Notes: a model not told the origin generated them from the sequence alone. A DNA stretch of 44,049 nt from Coxiella sp. (in: g-proteobacteria) (GCA_002732805.1 NVSS01000025.1:1-44049); one strand, 5' to 3'. Shown: positions 28,524-37,383, counted from the first letter of the stretch. Numbers and translations: made by a program.

Positions 28524-28814
28524 CTACAGGTCAGCTACAGTAGTTTTATTTAATGCTTTCTTAGGTTTCTTTTTAAGCGATGAGGTTGCAATCTCTACGG
28601 CTGTCTGTTTCTTTAAGCCATTAACTAGGATTGCACATTCCTCATCTGATAGGATTGTTACAAGTGCGGAGTCTTTCTTTAAAGCGGAGTGTATAGATCT
28701 TAAAGCAGTAGCCATACCAGGAGTCTTATTTAAGAGCATACTTTCTAGCTCTGCTAACTTCTCTTTAATCTGGTATTGCTGGTTTTGTGCGGGAGTACTG
28801 GTAGGTGTGTTCAT
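28524..28814 (-). CDS. Hypothetical protein (96 aa)
   Basis: ORF in the operon. No motif recognised. Confidence 0.6.
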   Translation of the reverse strand: MNTPTSTPAQNQQYQIKEKLAELESMLLNKTPGMATALRSIHSALKKDSALVTILSDEECAILVNGLKKQTAVEIATSSLKKKPKKALNKTTVADL

Positions 28815-28854
28815 ATTATATCTGCCTTGTATATATGAAAGGGGAGCAAAGCTC

Positions 28855-29100
28855 TTATAGATCTTTCAGCTCAATCTTAGTTGCGATCTCTATAAAGCTG
28901 AAGGTTATAGTCTCACCTTCTATCTCTCTATGGAGTTTGAATGCGAGGTTCTTTTCTGAGACTAGTAGTTTCCAGCCTTGATCTTTAGTCTTCTCCTTCT
29001 TAACAGCCTTGATAATTCTTAGGTGTAAATGTACCGGCGCCTGTATAGAAGCAGTATGATCTAGCTTAAGTCTATTCCAGATAGGTTCATACTGTCTCAT
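28855..29100 (-). CDS. Hypothetical protein (81 aa)
   Basis: First ORF after the 29.1-29.36 kb intergenic region. No clear SD upstream of the ATG. Confidence 0.5.
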   Translation of the reverse strand: MRQYEPIWNRLKLDHTASIQAPVHLHLRIIKAVKKEKTKDQGWKLLVSEKNLAFKLHREIEGETITFSFIEIATKIELKDL

Positions 29101-29154
29101 ACAGAAGAAGGTTCGCAGGCTAGGTTAAGGTTAATAGAAGAAGGGAAGAATGTT

Positions 29155-29183
29155 TATATAGAAAGCTGCCTGCTATCGCACAA
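29155..29183 (-). promoter_or_regulatory. Candidate sigma70-type promoter for the 29100-leftward operon
   Basis: Minus strand reads TTGTGC-N17-TATATA. It lies about 50 nt upstream of the ATG at 29100. Confidence 0.35.
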
Positions 29184-29265
29184 CTAAGTGCGCATTACGA
29201 AGGCTATACATTAGCACATGTAACTGCATGCAGACAGCTTTTATATAAATACTCTCAAAGTAGGG

Positions 29266-29310
29266 TTAAAAAAAGAGAAGACCTAAGTTGGGGCAAAGGT
29301 CTTCTCTTGT
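29266..29310 (-). terminator. Strong intrinsic terminator after the 254-aa gene
   Basis: Perfect 10-bp stem (29274..29283 agagaagacc pairs with 29298..29307 ggtcttctct) and a 14-nt loop. Seven T follow on the minus strand (A run 29268..29274 on the plus strand). Confidence 0.8.
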
Positions 29311-29357
29311 AAAGGCTCTTACTAACAGAAGCTAAGAGCTAGGGCAGATCCAGGTTC

Positions 29358-30122
29358 TTATAGTGCAGACAAGAGTTCTTCGTCAGTGATATTCAAGTAC
29401 TGATCGGCTCGTGTAACCAAGAAGTCAATACAATCTTGATACTCTTCGGCAGCTTCTGTCTTCTCTGCGTAGATAGCTAACTGATCTACTAAGAGTTCCA
29501 AGACAGGAGTAGCAGTCTTACAGGAAGCTAACTTACCATGTAAGAGTTTAGCTGCACGAGTGGCTTGGTCAACAGTCTTACCTGCGTGACTAACCATAAC
29601 TGCAACATAATCTTCTGCAAAGCCTTCCCAAGTTTCCTTAGGAATACCGCCGCCTCTACGCTGAGCCTTAGGTTGGTTAGCAATAAACTGCCAAGTAATC
29701 TTTTCAAGAGGGAAGGTAGCAGCATTAAGCTTAGCATCTTCTGCCAGGAGTGCACGGGCTGCTGTATTGGTAATAGTTTCCATAGCTTCCAGCAGAAGTT
29801 CCAAGCCTTTATTAGGCTGGCCTTCTTCTACACCTACAGACTCTAAGATATCTACAATACCTTGTACAGAAACATAAGGTACAGCTAGCTGCACTGACTC
29901 ACGAATTGTTTCAATGCCACTCTCAGCATCTTTAGTTCGCTTAAAGTTAAAGGTAGCTTCTTTAACATCAACATTAAAGTTATGGTTAATCTTAATGTCA
30001 GCGATTAGCTGCTTCATTTCTTCAGGCGTTGGGTTAACTGCGCCAATTACATTAGGACCAACAGGAACTTCTTGTACTGGATCTGTTAGGTGATCTTGAT
30101 TTTCTAGTGGTGCTTCTGACAT
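29358..30122 (-). CDS. Hypothetical protein (254 aa) in its own transcription unit; distant paralog of the 37614..38327 product
   Basis: Flanked by a near-consensus promoter and a strong terminator. The C-terminal half is colinear with the 237-aa early protein (ETWEGFAEDYVAV ~ ITEWFAKEVATHL; KLASCKTATP ~ KFCSLASPKA). Both end in L-x-A-L. Confidence 0.75.
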   Translation of the reverse strand: MSEAPLENQDHLTDPVQEVPVGPNVIGAVNPTPEEMKQLIADIKINHNFNVDVKEATFNFKRTKDAESGIETIRESVQLAVPYVSVQGIVDILESVGVEEGQPNKGLELLLEAMETITNTAARALLAEDAKLNAATFPLEKITWQFIANQPKAQRRGGGIPKETWEGFAEDYVAVMVSHAGKTVDQATRAAKLLHGKLASCKTATPVLELLVDQLAIYAEKTEAAEEYQDCIDFLVTRADQYLNITDEELLSAL

Positions 30123-30189
30123 ATCTTTCTCACTTTTAAAAGTTTAAGTTTGGATGGGAGTTATAGATCTTAAGATCTTACAGAGACTA

Positions 30190-30225
30190 GGCATATACAT
30201 ACTTCTTTGTGGTTCGGTATATGCC
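30190..30225 (-). promoter_or_regulatory. Perfect 9-bp stem hairpin in the 5' leader of the 254-aa gene
   Basis: ggcatatac (30190..30198) pairs with gtatatgcc (30217..30225), with an 18-nt loop. It lies between the predicted promoter and the ATG at 30122. No T tract follows on either strand. Confidence 0.5.
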
Positions 30226-30239
30226 CAATCAATGTAGAC

Positions 30240-30267
30240 ACTATACTTGATTCTTCCAGTTCGTCAA
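30240..30267 (-). promoter_or_regulatory. Near-consensus sigma70-type promoter driving the 254-aa gene
   Basis: Minus strand reads TTGACG-N16-TATAGT (-35 at 30262..30267, -10 at 30240..30245). Confidence 0.6.
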
Positions 30268-30285
30268 ATTGTTTTTTAGTCTCTG

Positions 30286-30861
30286 TTAGAAGGGTATGTC
30301 AGGGTAAGCGCAGTCTATATGCCTACGCGGGTAGTCATCTGCGTGTAGCTCCCATCTAACTTGGAAGTTACTATCTAGCTTAACAGCATTAGCCCAGTTA
30401 GGTGTAGGATCAGATAGCGGGCTAATGTCAGCTTCGAAGTAGTCTCCAGTATTAAAAGGTTTATTACACTCAATACAGCAGCATAGCTTAGGTAACTGGG
30501 GGGTATTAGCTGGTTCTAGCCTTAGAGCTGCTAGAGAGCCCTTCTCCATCTCCCTACCTACCATAATGTTAACCTTGAAGGTAGCGTAGTCCTCCCTTAC
30601 TGCTACCTTAAGATTATACACTGCTAGGTTATAGGCAGCTAGGGCTTCGTAGGTACTAGGGCTAGGAGTTACAGCATCATGTAGCTGCAAGTTATAGGAA
30701 CTTATACCTTTAACTGTAAAGCCTAGTATCCAGTTCATTCTGCTAGCTGCCTTCTGTAAGTCACTGGCTGGCTTGCGCTCCTTGCTCTTAGGGAATAGCT
30801 TGTCTTGCATACGTGTGCTTAGTTCTTTCTGTTTCTGCTTATTCATATCAATAGTTCCCAT
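30286..30861 (-). CDS. Hypothetical Cys-containing protein (191 aa; start at 30861 or 30846) ending in ...AYPDIPF
   Basis: The ORF's last four residues DIPF match the SSB-tip consensus. They use the same 12-nt string (aagggtatgtca on the plus strand) as the 130-aa protein. Contains a CCCIEC cluster. Confidence 0.65.
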   Translation of the reverse strand: MGTIDMNKQKQKELSTRMQDKLFPKSKERKPASDLQKAASRMNWILGFTVKGISSYNLQLHDAVTPSPSTYEALAAYNLAVYNLKVAVREDYATFKVNIMVGREMEKGSLAALRLEPANTPQLPKLCCCIECNKPFNTGDYFEADISPLSDPTPNWANAVKLDSNFQVRWELHADDYPRRHIDCAYPDIPF

Positions 30862-31120
30862 TGTGCAGGATATAAACCTGCTGGTTTTTAAAAGGTAACA
30901 GCTCAGCCCTTATGTTACACTTAGGATTGCTTCTCATTAAATGAGGCTCTTCCTTAGCTAGTTGCTTCCTGAATCTATCTATAGCTTCTTCTTCATTAGC
31001 TGCTTTAACTACTGCTACAGCTCCTATAGGATAATGCCCTTCGAACTCTACTTGGTAGATTCTTTCTGCCATGTAAGGTGTGTTCTTGTCTTCTTTTATA
31101 CTCTTGTCTTCGCTATCCAT
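30848..31120 (-). CDS. Hypothetical protein (90 aa)
   Basis: RBS AAGGAG-N6-ATG. Overlaps the helicase stop. Confidence 0.65.
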   Translation of the reverse strand: MDSEDKSIKEDKNTPYMAERIYQVEFEGHYPIGAVAVVKAANEEEAIDRFRKQLAKEEPHLMRSNPKCNIRAELLPFKNQQVYILHNGNY

Positions 31121-32885
31121 TCCAATCTCCTTTACCTTTAAAGAATTCAGCCTTCTCAGCTAGTGTACTTCCTTTTATCTTTTGATTTACTATTCCTTTA
31201 GTAAACGTCTCAGGCTCACATATAACATAGAGTTCTTCTCTTGCTCTGGTAACTCCTGTATATAGAAGCTCTCTCTGTAAGGCTACAGCATGTGAATGGT
31301 GGAGACATAGAAATACCTTCCTCCATTCTGAGCCTTGCGCCTTGTGAACTGTAAGAGCATAAGCATGTAGAAGAGAGTTAACTTCTGCTGCCTTAGATAT
31401 CTCTATGTCAGTTTCAGAATCAGCTAGCCTTACAGTTATTACATGAGAAGCTTGTGTAACTCTGTCTTCTGAATCAGAGGATACAGACTCTAAGAGAAAG
31501 TCTATGTCTGCATTAGGTCCGTAAGAAGTTATAGAAGAACCTGCTCCTTTAGAGGCTGCTACTTCCTCTGCTAACTTAGGATTGTGCCCCCAATAGTCTA
31601 GGTTCTCAGAGCAGATCTGATAACTCGCTCCTGTATAAGTAGGATTAGAGTGTATAGATACTATCTCTGCATCTTCCTTGTCATAGAGAACCTTATCTCC
31701 TGCTGAGAAGTAGTGCTTATTATAACCTGCTACTACTTCATGAGTTACTGCACCGCTGCGCCTTGCTAAGAAGTTAGCTATGTGCCGATTCAGCTCTAAG
31801 GTTCCACAAGCCTTATTGAAGGGAATAAGAATCATGTCCTCTTCTGGATTATAAGAGCCTTCTACTATAGCTCCCTTAAAGAAAGCAGCTAAGACTCTAC
31901 AAGCAGTCTCTGGATCTAGCTTCTTTTTAAGAGGGTGGATTGTTAGCTGATCTTCTACTTTCCACTCAGGGTATTCTTCTACTGGTATAGGCTTACCTGA
32001 GAGGATTCTGTGAGCTAAGCGTATGATAGGAGACTCTAAGGCTTGCCTGTATACATCTGTCAGTTCTACTACAGGTAGCTCATTCAGCTTAAAACCAAGG
32101 ATGGCGGGACCAAAGATAGGAGGTAACTGCTGTATGTCTCCTATAAAGATCCATTGTACAGAATGAGACAAAGCATTTATTATATCAGAATAAAGAGCTG
32201 TAGATAACATAGATGCTTCTTCTACTACTATAGTGTGGATTGTAGTAGGCAGAGGATTAGAGCTATCTCTCCCAGGAACAAAGCGCATAGACTTCTTTTC
32301 CATTCCAGACTCAGAGTCTACTATAGTAAAGAACTCAGGAGCGAACTCTAGAAGCTTATGAGAGGTTATGCAATTCTGCTTCATATCTTCACTCTGCACC
32401 TTTCTTATATTATTAACAGCGCGCCGCGTATAGGAGATGATAAGAATGCCAGGAGTACCATCTGTAAGATGCTTATGAGCTGTATCTCGCAAAGATGGAA
32501 CCTTACCGGAAGATATTAAAGCTGTTATAGCTCCCTTAGAACAAGTAGTTTTACCAGTACCAGCAGCTCCTATAAGAACACAGGATTCTCCGCTAGCTGC
32601 AAAGGATATAAAAGCATTCTGATTCTTATTGTAAGTTATCAGTTCTCCGCTCATACCTACCGCATTGCCAGAAGTTTCCTTTATAGCAGCCTTAACTTCT
32701 TTAGTGGGTTCTTTTACAGGTGCTATTCCTGCTCCCTTTCTTAGGTTAGCTAACCTCTCAGAGAGACTAAGCTGCCCAGTTATAATAATAGTATTAGGAG
32801 GAGCAGCGGGAGCTTCTGTCTCAGCAGCCTTCTTATCTCTTGCAGCTTGCAATAAAGCTGACATATCTAACTTTCTAGTCATCAT
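31113..32885 (-). CDS. SF1 helicase, RecD/Dda-like (590 aa)
   Basis: Walker A LIGAAGTGKTT, Walker B VVEEASML, then IGDIQQLPPI, LTVHKAQGSEWRKV and LLYTGVTRAREELYV. Confidence 0.85.
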   Translation of the reverse strand: MMTRKLDMSALLQAARDKKAAETEAPAAPPNTIIITGQLSLSERLANLRKGAGIAPVKEPTKEVKAAIKETSGNAVGMSGELITYNKNQNAFISFAASGESCVLIGAAGTGKTTCSKGAITALISSGKVPSLRDTAHKHLTDGTPGILIISYTRRAVNNIRKVQSEDMKQNCITSHKLLEFAPEFFTIVDSESGMEKKSMRFVPGRDSSNPLPTTIHTIVVEEASMLSTALYSDIINALSHSVQWIFIGDIQQLPPIFGPAILGFKLNELPVVELTDVYRQALESPIIRLAHRILSGKPIPVEEYPEWKVEDQLTIHPLKKKLDPETACRVLAAFFKGAIVEGSYNPEEDMILIPFNKACGTLELNRHIANFLARRSGAVTHEVVAGYNKHYFSAGDKVLYDKEDAEIVSIHSNPTYTGASYQICSENLDYWGHNPKLAEEVAASKGAGSSITSYGPNADIDFLLESVSSDSEDRVTQASHVITVRLADSETDIEISKAAEVNSLLHAYALTVHKAQGSEWRKVFLCLHHSHAVALQRELLYTGVTRAREELYVICEPETFTKGIVNQKIKGSTLAEKAEFFKGKGDWNG

Positions 32886-33111
32886 TCTTACTCCTTGTGT
32901 GCGCTATAGCTAAGAGATTCTTAACTTCTCTTTTGAGAGCTCTTATATCTTTCTGCAGAGTGCTTAGTTCTTTTCCTTGTGTTATGATTACACGGTTACT
33001 ATCTCTAAGCTCATTGTGTACTTTAACCATATAAAGTCCATCCTTTAGGGCTTGGATTTTTATCTTTCTAATCTCACTTAATGTTTTATTGTTCCCGAAT
33101 ATATCTAGCAT
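32875..33111 (-). CDS. Hypothetical protein (78 aa, helical/basic)
   Basis: ORF in the operon. Overlaps the helicase start. Confidence 0.6.
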   Translation of the reverse strand: MLDIFGNNKTLSEIRKIKIQALKDGLYMVKVHNELRDSNRVIITQGKELSTLQKDIRALKREVKNLLAIAHTRSKNDD

Positions 33112-33113
33112 AG

Positions 33114-34142
33114 CTATAGATCTCCGAATTCAGATTTGAGTACTTCTGTAGCAGCCAGCCTAGCAGCTTCTGCCCTGTCTTTATTAAGCTTGACTCTATA
33201 AGCTAACTTAGCCTTGATGAAATCAATGTTAGTACCATAAGAGCGGCGCTCAGGGATAGCAGAAGGAGCAGCCTTAGCTATCTCTGCTACAAGAGTCTCA
33301 GATTCTACTATCTTAGTCTTGTCAGATAGAGAGGGAAGGAGAGTATAGCCTAAAGTAGAAGAGCCGCCCCCTAGATAATCTAAGTGCCTGCCTATTCCTT
33401 CCTGTAAGACTTTTATAAGAGTGTGGAAGTAGATTGAACCTGCATCTATATTACACTCACAGAAGTCTTTGATCTCTTTAAGAAGAGGTAAAGGAGTCTT
33501 AAACATCTTATTGGTGTTAAAGCAGGACTCTATTGTTTTCTTGTAGAGAGTTACTTTAGCAGCTGGAAACTCTCCTGCCTTGTGCGCCCAATCTGCTACT
33601 ACATTAGCATACAGCTCAGTTTTAATTTCTGGCGCTAGGATGAGAGCTTGCAGCTTTCTTTCTATTCCTGCTAGAGCTGTGCGTTCTCTTTCTTCTGCCC
33701 TAGAATAAGTAAAGCTCTCTAGATTATCTTGCCAAGCTTCTATCCAGATAGGGATCTCTTCCAGAGCACAGTTAGCAAAGGTAACTCTAAAGGAGGGCTG
33801 AGTGAAAGAGCTGTAAGAAATGAGAGCAGTTTTCTCCAGAACTCCTATCAGTTGCGAGAAGTTGTTAGCTACCAGCTTTGCTGTAGAAGGAGCCTTAGGA
33901 TCTATAGCTAAGGGATGTCCCCACTCTATCTGATCAGAAGAGTGTAAGAACGCCAGAAAAAGCAGGTAGCTGTCTATAGCTCCCAGCTTACCTTTGGTAT
34001 AAGAACCATAGAGCTTATAGAGAGAAGAATAAGGTGCTGCAAAGATAGGATGGAAATAGCCTTCCTTATATTCTATGCTTAGATCTTTAAAGGCTGATAC
34101 CTGAAAGTCTAAGCCTGAGATTGCACAAGTTACTTGAGTCAT
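33114..34142 (-). CDS. Hypothetical protein (342 aa)
   Basis: ORF coupled to the upstream gene by an ATGA overlap. No motif recognised. Confidence 0.7.
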   Translation of the reverse strand: MTQVTCAISGLDFQVSAFKDLSIEYKEGYFHPIFAAPYSSLYKLYGSYTKGKLGAIDSYLLFLAFLHSSDQIEWGHPLAIDPKAPSTAKLVANNFSQLIGVLEKTALISYSSFTQPSFRVTFANCALEEIPIWIEAWQDNLESFTYSRAEERERTALAGIERKLQALILAPEIKTELYANVVADWAHKAGEFPAAKVTLYKKTIESCFNTNKMFKTPLPLLKEIKDFCECNIDAGSIYFHTLIKVLQEGIGRHLDYLGGGSSTLGYTLLPSLSDKTKIVESETLVAEIAKAAPSAIPERRSYGTNIDFIKAKLAYRVKLNKDRAEAARLAATEVLKSEFGDL

Positions 34143-34633
34143 AAGCTTTGCTCCCCGCTATCTCCTAGGGAAGATCCTTCTGCACCTTTAATGAATTCTG
34201 CCTTCTCAAAAGCAGTTATCTCAGCAGGAGTCATAAGATCATTAAGGTATCTGTGTTCTTGCGCACAGGTTATCTCTTCTAAGGAGCAGGAGCCTATATC
34301 TTCTAGGTACTTCTCATAGCATTGCAGCCAGTAAGCATCTCTCTCCTTAGCAGATGTATACCTTGTAGCTAGAGTTTCTGCAGAAGCTTCTCCGCCTAAA
34401 GATTCCAGTAGGTCAGGAGCAGGTACAGCAAGAGTATAAGCAGGTAAGAGAGCTTCATTCTGTATCTTAGCTTGGAATGGCGCTAGGATCTTTACCAGTT
34501 CTATAGAAGTGTAGTAACTTGCATCTGCTGAATCACTCATAGCACTAGCTATATGCTTCTTAGAGAGAGACAGAATGTGGGTAATCTGTGGACCTGTTAG
34601 AAGAGGTCTGTACTTGTTTCTTTTCTTGTTCAT
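34139..34633 (-). CDS. Hypothetical protein (164 aa)
   Basis: ORF in the operon. No motif recognised. Confidence 0.65.
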   Translation of the reverse strand: MNKKRNKYRPLLTGPQITHILSLSKKHIASAMSDSADASYYTSIELVKILAPFQAKIQNEALLPAYTLAVPAPDLLESLGGEASAETLATRYTSAKERDAYWLQCYEKYLEDIGSCSLEEITCAQEHRYLNDLMTPAEITAFEKAEFIKGAEGSSLGDSGEQSL

Positions 34634-34674
34634 AAGATTGTTTCCTATTTCTTTTCTTAGAGAGAGCTAAGCTC

Positions 34675-35091
34675 TTAGTGTAAGGTGTCTTGCGAGGTGT
34701 GAACTAAAGCAGAGTCTATCACATCTAACCTGCCAGAGACAAGAGCTATAACTGCGCCTAGATCTTCTATGCCTGCCTTACCTAAGAACTTCCGGTGCAG
34801 CTTACCTTCTTCTGTCTTAGGAGATATAAAGGCTATTAGCTGATCTCTTATCTTTATCTCTCTGCCCCTAATGATAAGGACATTGTTTACTTCCTGCGCT
34901 ACAGGTAGGTTACGCTCAGCAGATTGATTACCAAACTGATGTGCTAGGATTTTAGTTTCTTTATTGTAAGCTTTGAAGTGCTCTAAGCTTGCTATTATCT
35001 TAGGGTATACTTCGTAATAGAGAGAGTCAGATATAGCAGATAGATGGTTAGGCTTAGCTGCGCTACCTTTGTTCTTATCTTTATGGTTCAT
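34675..35091 (-). CDS. Hypothetical protein (138 aa)
   Basis: ORF in the operon. No motif recognised. Confidence 0.65.
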   Translation of the reverse strand: MNHKDKNKGSAAKPNHLSAISDSLYYEVYPKIIASLEHFKAYNKETKILAHQFGNQSAERNLPVAQEVNNVLIIRGREIKIRDQLIAFISPKTEEGKLHRKFLGKAGIEDLGAVIALVSGRLDVIDSALVHTSQDTLH

Positions 35092-35126
35092 AGTGTTTTA
35101 CCTGTGGTTTATACTGGGTTTAAGGT

Positions 35127-35387
35127 TTATACTCTTGGCTTAGCTAAGAGAAAGAGAGGGAAAGAGATCCTGCTGGTATTAACTCTTACCATGCAAAGAT
35201 CTCTTTCTATATCTTCGCCATCTATATCTAAGGAGCCTACAGAAGTATGCTTAAAGTCAGCAGGAGTAAACCCGCAGTCTTGTCTGTCTATCATAGCAAT
35301 AGCTATATAACAGTTACTGCCATGGCCATAGGAGAGAGATAGGTTAGGAGTAGCACAAATGAGAGCAGAAGGATAGGTATAAGGCAT
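35127..35387 (-). CDS. Hypothetical protein (86 aa)
   Basis: TAATG coupling with the upstream gene. Confidence 0.55.
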   Translation of the reverse strand: MPYTYPSALICATPNLSLSYGHGSNCYIAIAMIDRQDCGFTPADFKHTSVGSLDIDGEDIERDLCMVRVNTSRISFPLFLLAKPRV

Positions 35388-35767
35388 TATACTTGATCTC
35401 CCTGTTTAGAGCAGAACTCAGCTACCTTATTTTGTAAGAGCAGCTCTATAACACAGAATGCTTCACATACTGGCATGATAAGATCTGCCTGAGAGCTTGT
35501 AACTTCAACTCCTGCTGCTGTCAGTTCTTTAAGCTCCTTGATCTTACCTAAGAGGGCTGAATAGCCTTGCGCTGTTATGTGTTCCTTCTCTGCATCTCCT
35601 ATATAAGGATCTAGCTTAGCTATCTTGATAAGAGCATAGTCAGCTAACAGGCCATTTACAGCTATAAAGAATAAAGAGTCTTCTTTAACTGCCATAGCTG
35701 CCTGAGCAGATAGGCGCCTAAGAGGGTTATACCTATCAGGTATAAGATTAGAAAGGTTCATACTCAT
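35387..35767 (-). CDS. Hypothetical protein (126 aa)
   Basis: ATGA coupling with the upstream gene. Confidence 0.65.
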   Translation of the reverse strand: MSMNLSNLIPDRYNPLRRLSAQAAMAVKEDSLFFIAVNGLLADYALIKIAKLDPYIGDAEKEHITAQGYSALLGKIKELKELTAAGVEVTSSQADLIMPVCEAFCVIELLLQNKVAEFCSKQGDQV

Positions 35768-36717
35768 AACTTTAATATCCTTACTAGAGCTTGTACGTGC
35801 TCGCTAGTTATTTTTAGTTTATGTTTAGCTTCATCTCTGTCACTAACCCTTGTTAGCTCTTCTCTGGCCATTAGCAGCAAGCCATTAGAAGTAGCTAGGT
35901 CTGCTTTAAGCTGGTCTATTATAAATAGGTTAGGCGCACTTTTTAGATCTGCGTACTTCTTTCTTTCAGCTACTAGGTTATCTGTAGTTTCTTTCAGCGT
36001 GCTTCTTAAAGAGGTGATAGTATCAGTCAGCTCTAGGTTATCTTTACCTGCGCCCGCTTGCATAGCTACTAGATTCTTTTGCAGCTCTTTTATCTGTCTG
36101 TGTAAGGTTGCTACCTGCCTCTCTAATCTTGCTATCTCTACAGCATCAACATGCCTAAGAGCTGTAAACTCAGCAATCCTAGGATCTGTAGCCATTGTGT
36201 GCCTAGGGCCAACCATAGCTTCTTCTAACATATGCTCACAGTTAGTTAGCTCTGCTAACTTCTCAGCTAGCTGCTCTTTCAGTTTAGTATTATTAACACC
36301 TCTAACATAGTATCTATCTCCTAAATCCTGAGCTGCTTTTTCTAGCTTAGCGTAGACTGTACTTGCCATCTTAAGCTGCTCTTGCAAGCTGGTATTAGTA
36401 GCAGTAAGCTGGTTGTTACTCCTGTCACAGTTAGCTAGCTTAGCTCCAGTTCTATTAGACCTTTTTAGCAGATCTTCATAGCTCTCCTTGTGTTTGTTTA
36501 GGTCAGCTATATAAGCTTCTGCTGCACCTTCTAGACTCTTCCTGTCTACTGCTGTTAGCGCTGTTATTCTCATTAGAAGCCCGCTGTTTGTATCCTTAGC
36601 TTCTGACAGCTCCTTATCCTTGGCGGTAGCTACTGCTAACATAGCCTTGTATTCTATGCTTTTCTTGTTTAGCTTGTGGTTAGCTTCTGCTAACTGCTCA
36701 TGTAAGTACTGTGTCAT
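35764..36717 (-). CDS. Long coiled-coil protein (317 aa from the ATG at 36717)
   Basis: Heptad-rich sequence throughout. I prefer the ATG at 36717 (AAGG-N8-ATG), because the 61 upstream codons of the listed ORF fall on the TGGCA/TGCCA repeat arm, which is mirrored in clearly non-coding DNA. Confidence 0.65.
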   Translation of the reverse strand: MTQYLHEQLAEANHKLNKKSIEYKAMLAVATAKDKELSEAKDTNSGLLMRITALTAVDRKSLEGAAEAYIADLNKHKESYEDLLKRSNRTGAKLANCDRSNNQLTATNTSLQEQLKMASTVYAKLEKAAQDLGDRYYVRGVNNTKLKEQLAEKLAELTNCEHMLEEAMVGPRHTMATDPRIAEFTALRHVDAVEIARLERQVATLHRQIKELQKNLVAMQAGAGKDNLELTDTITSLRSTLKETTDNLVAERKKYADLKSAPNLFIIDQLKADLATSNGLLLMAREELTRVSDRDEAKHKLKITSEHVQALVRILKL

Positions 36718-36792
36718 GTGAAGTACCTTGTATTCCTTCTCTCTAAGAGAGTAAATTAATTGTATAAGACTCAATGACTTGGCATGGTTCTT

Positions 36793-36862
36793 GCTTGCAA
36801 GTAATTGAGGTGTTTGGCAAAAGGTGCCAGACTGTGCCATTTTGCCATAGTGCCAAACCGAT
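36793..36862. repeat. Left arm of a ~70-bp imperfect inverted repeat carrying a TTGGCA/GTGCCA array
   Basis: cttgcaagtaattgaggtgtttggca...gtgccaaaccgat compared with the reverse complement of 37270..37338 (cttacaagtaattaaccagtttggca...atgccaaaccagat). The outer ~26 nt match at 21/26 and the inner ~12 nt match well. The middle has diverged but carries the same pentamer motifs. Confidence 0.7.
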
Positions 36863-36921
36863 GTCCACCCCTTTGTGCATGGGTCTGTTTCTAGGGGCAT
36901 AGTAGTCCCTAACAGGTATAT

Positions 36922-37106
36922 ATAGGAGTAGCAGGGCAGAGGGGCATATAGGAGTATCTATATAACAGGGTAGGTATAGCTCTAGGAGAGGGAGAAGGGT
37001 ATAGGAGTCTCTCTAATAGGTTATGTCTCTCTGACGGGCATGTCATTTTTATAGGGGGGTATCAAATTTAATGTAACATGATTCTATTCTTATATACTAC
37101 TCCTAT
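36922..37106. repeat. ATAGGAGT repeat cluster that switches orientation across an AT-rich centre
   Basis: Forward copies at 36922, 36948 and 37001. A reverse copy (actcctat) at 37099. AT-rich segment at about 37040..37095. One more reverse copy at 38826..38833 lies in the other long intergenic region. Confidence 0.65.
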
Positions 37107-37269
37107 TTACACCCCCTTAGATAGATACTGTTACATACCTACACTGATAGGCACAGCTACAGGTAGGAGCTAGATACAGCTAGCTACATACGCAACAGGG
37201 AGAGATACATACAGGAGATATAAGAGACTACTCCATCCTAGGGGAATACCCTCACCCATACCCCCAAAT

Positions 37270-37338
37270 ATCTGGTTTGGCATTCTGGTATTTTGGCTAC
37301 TATCAGCCATTGTGCCAAACTGGTTAATTACTTGTAAG
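37270..37338. repeat. Right arm of the inverted repeat (see 36793..36862)
   Basis: tctggtttggcattctggtattttggctactatcagccattgtgccaaactggttaattacttgtaag. It also contains a possible minus-strand promoter, TTGGCA-N17-CAAAAT (37290..37318). Confidence 0.7.
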
Positions 37339-37353
37339 AGACAGGATCAAACA

Positions 37354-37383
37354 AGCACTACCTTTAACTAAACAGATAGTGCT
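37354..37383 (-). terminator. Putative terminator of the leftward early operon
   Basis: Perfect 7-bp stem (agcacta 37354..37360 pairs with tagtgct 37377..37383), followed on the minus strand by TTGTTTGAT. Confidence 0.45.

Noticed and set aside
36806-36862. Possible sigma54 promoters, given the several TGGCAC units on the minus strand
   Set aside because: In TGGCACCTTTTGCC the GG to GC spacing is 8 nt, not the required 10. The other TGGCAC copies have no TTGC at the correct distance.
36718-36900. N-terminal 61 codons of the listed 378-aa ORF (start at 36900)
   Set aside because: This stretch coincides with the TGGCA/TGCCA repeat arm, which is mirrored in unambiguously non-coding DNA at 37270..37338. 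It has no RBS at 36900 or 36840, whereas the ATG at 36717 has AAGG-N8. It is treated as non-coding.
36916-36932. Resemblance of TATATAGGAGTA to the initiating end of T7/SP6-type promoters (…TATAGGGAGA)
   Set aside because: No single-subunit RNA polymerase gene is detectable. The copies share only ~8-10 nt rather than a ~20-nt promoter, and they are not positioned upstream of genes.
36793-37338. MITE- or IS-like mobile element bounded by the inverted arms
   Set aside because: There is no transposase, and I saw no target-site duplication in the flanks (…catggttcttg / agacaggatc…). The arms are arrays of short motifs rather than simple terminal inverted repeats. It is kept only as a remote alternative under the dyad-region finding.
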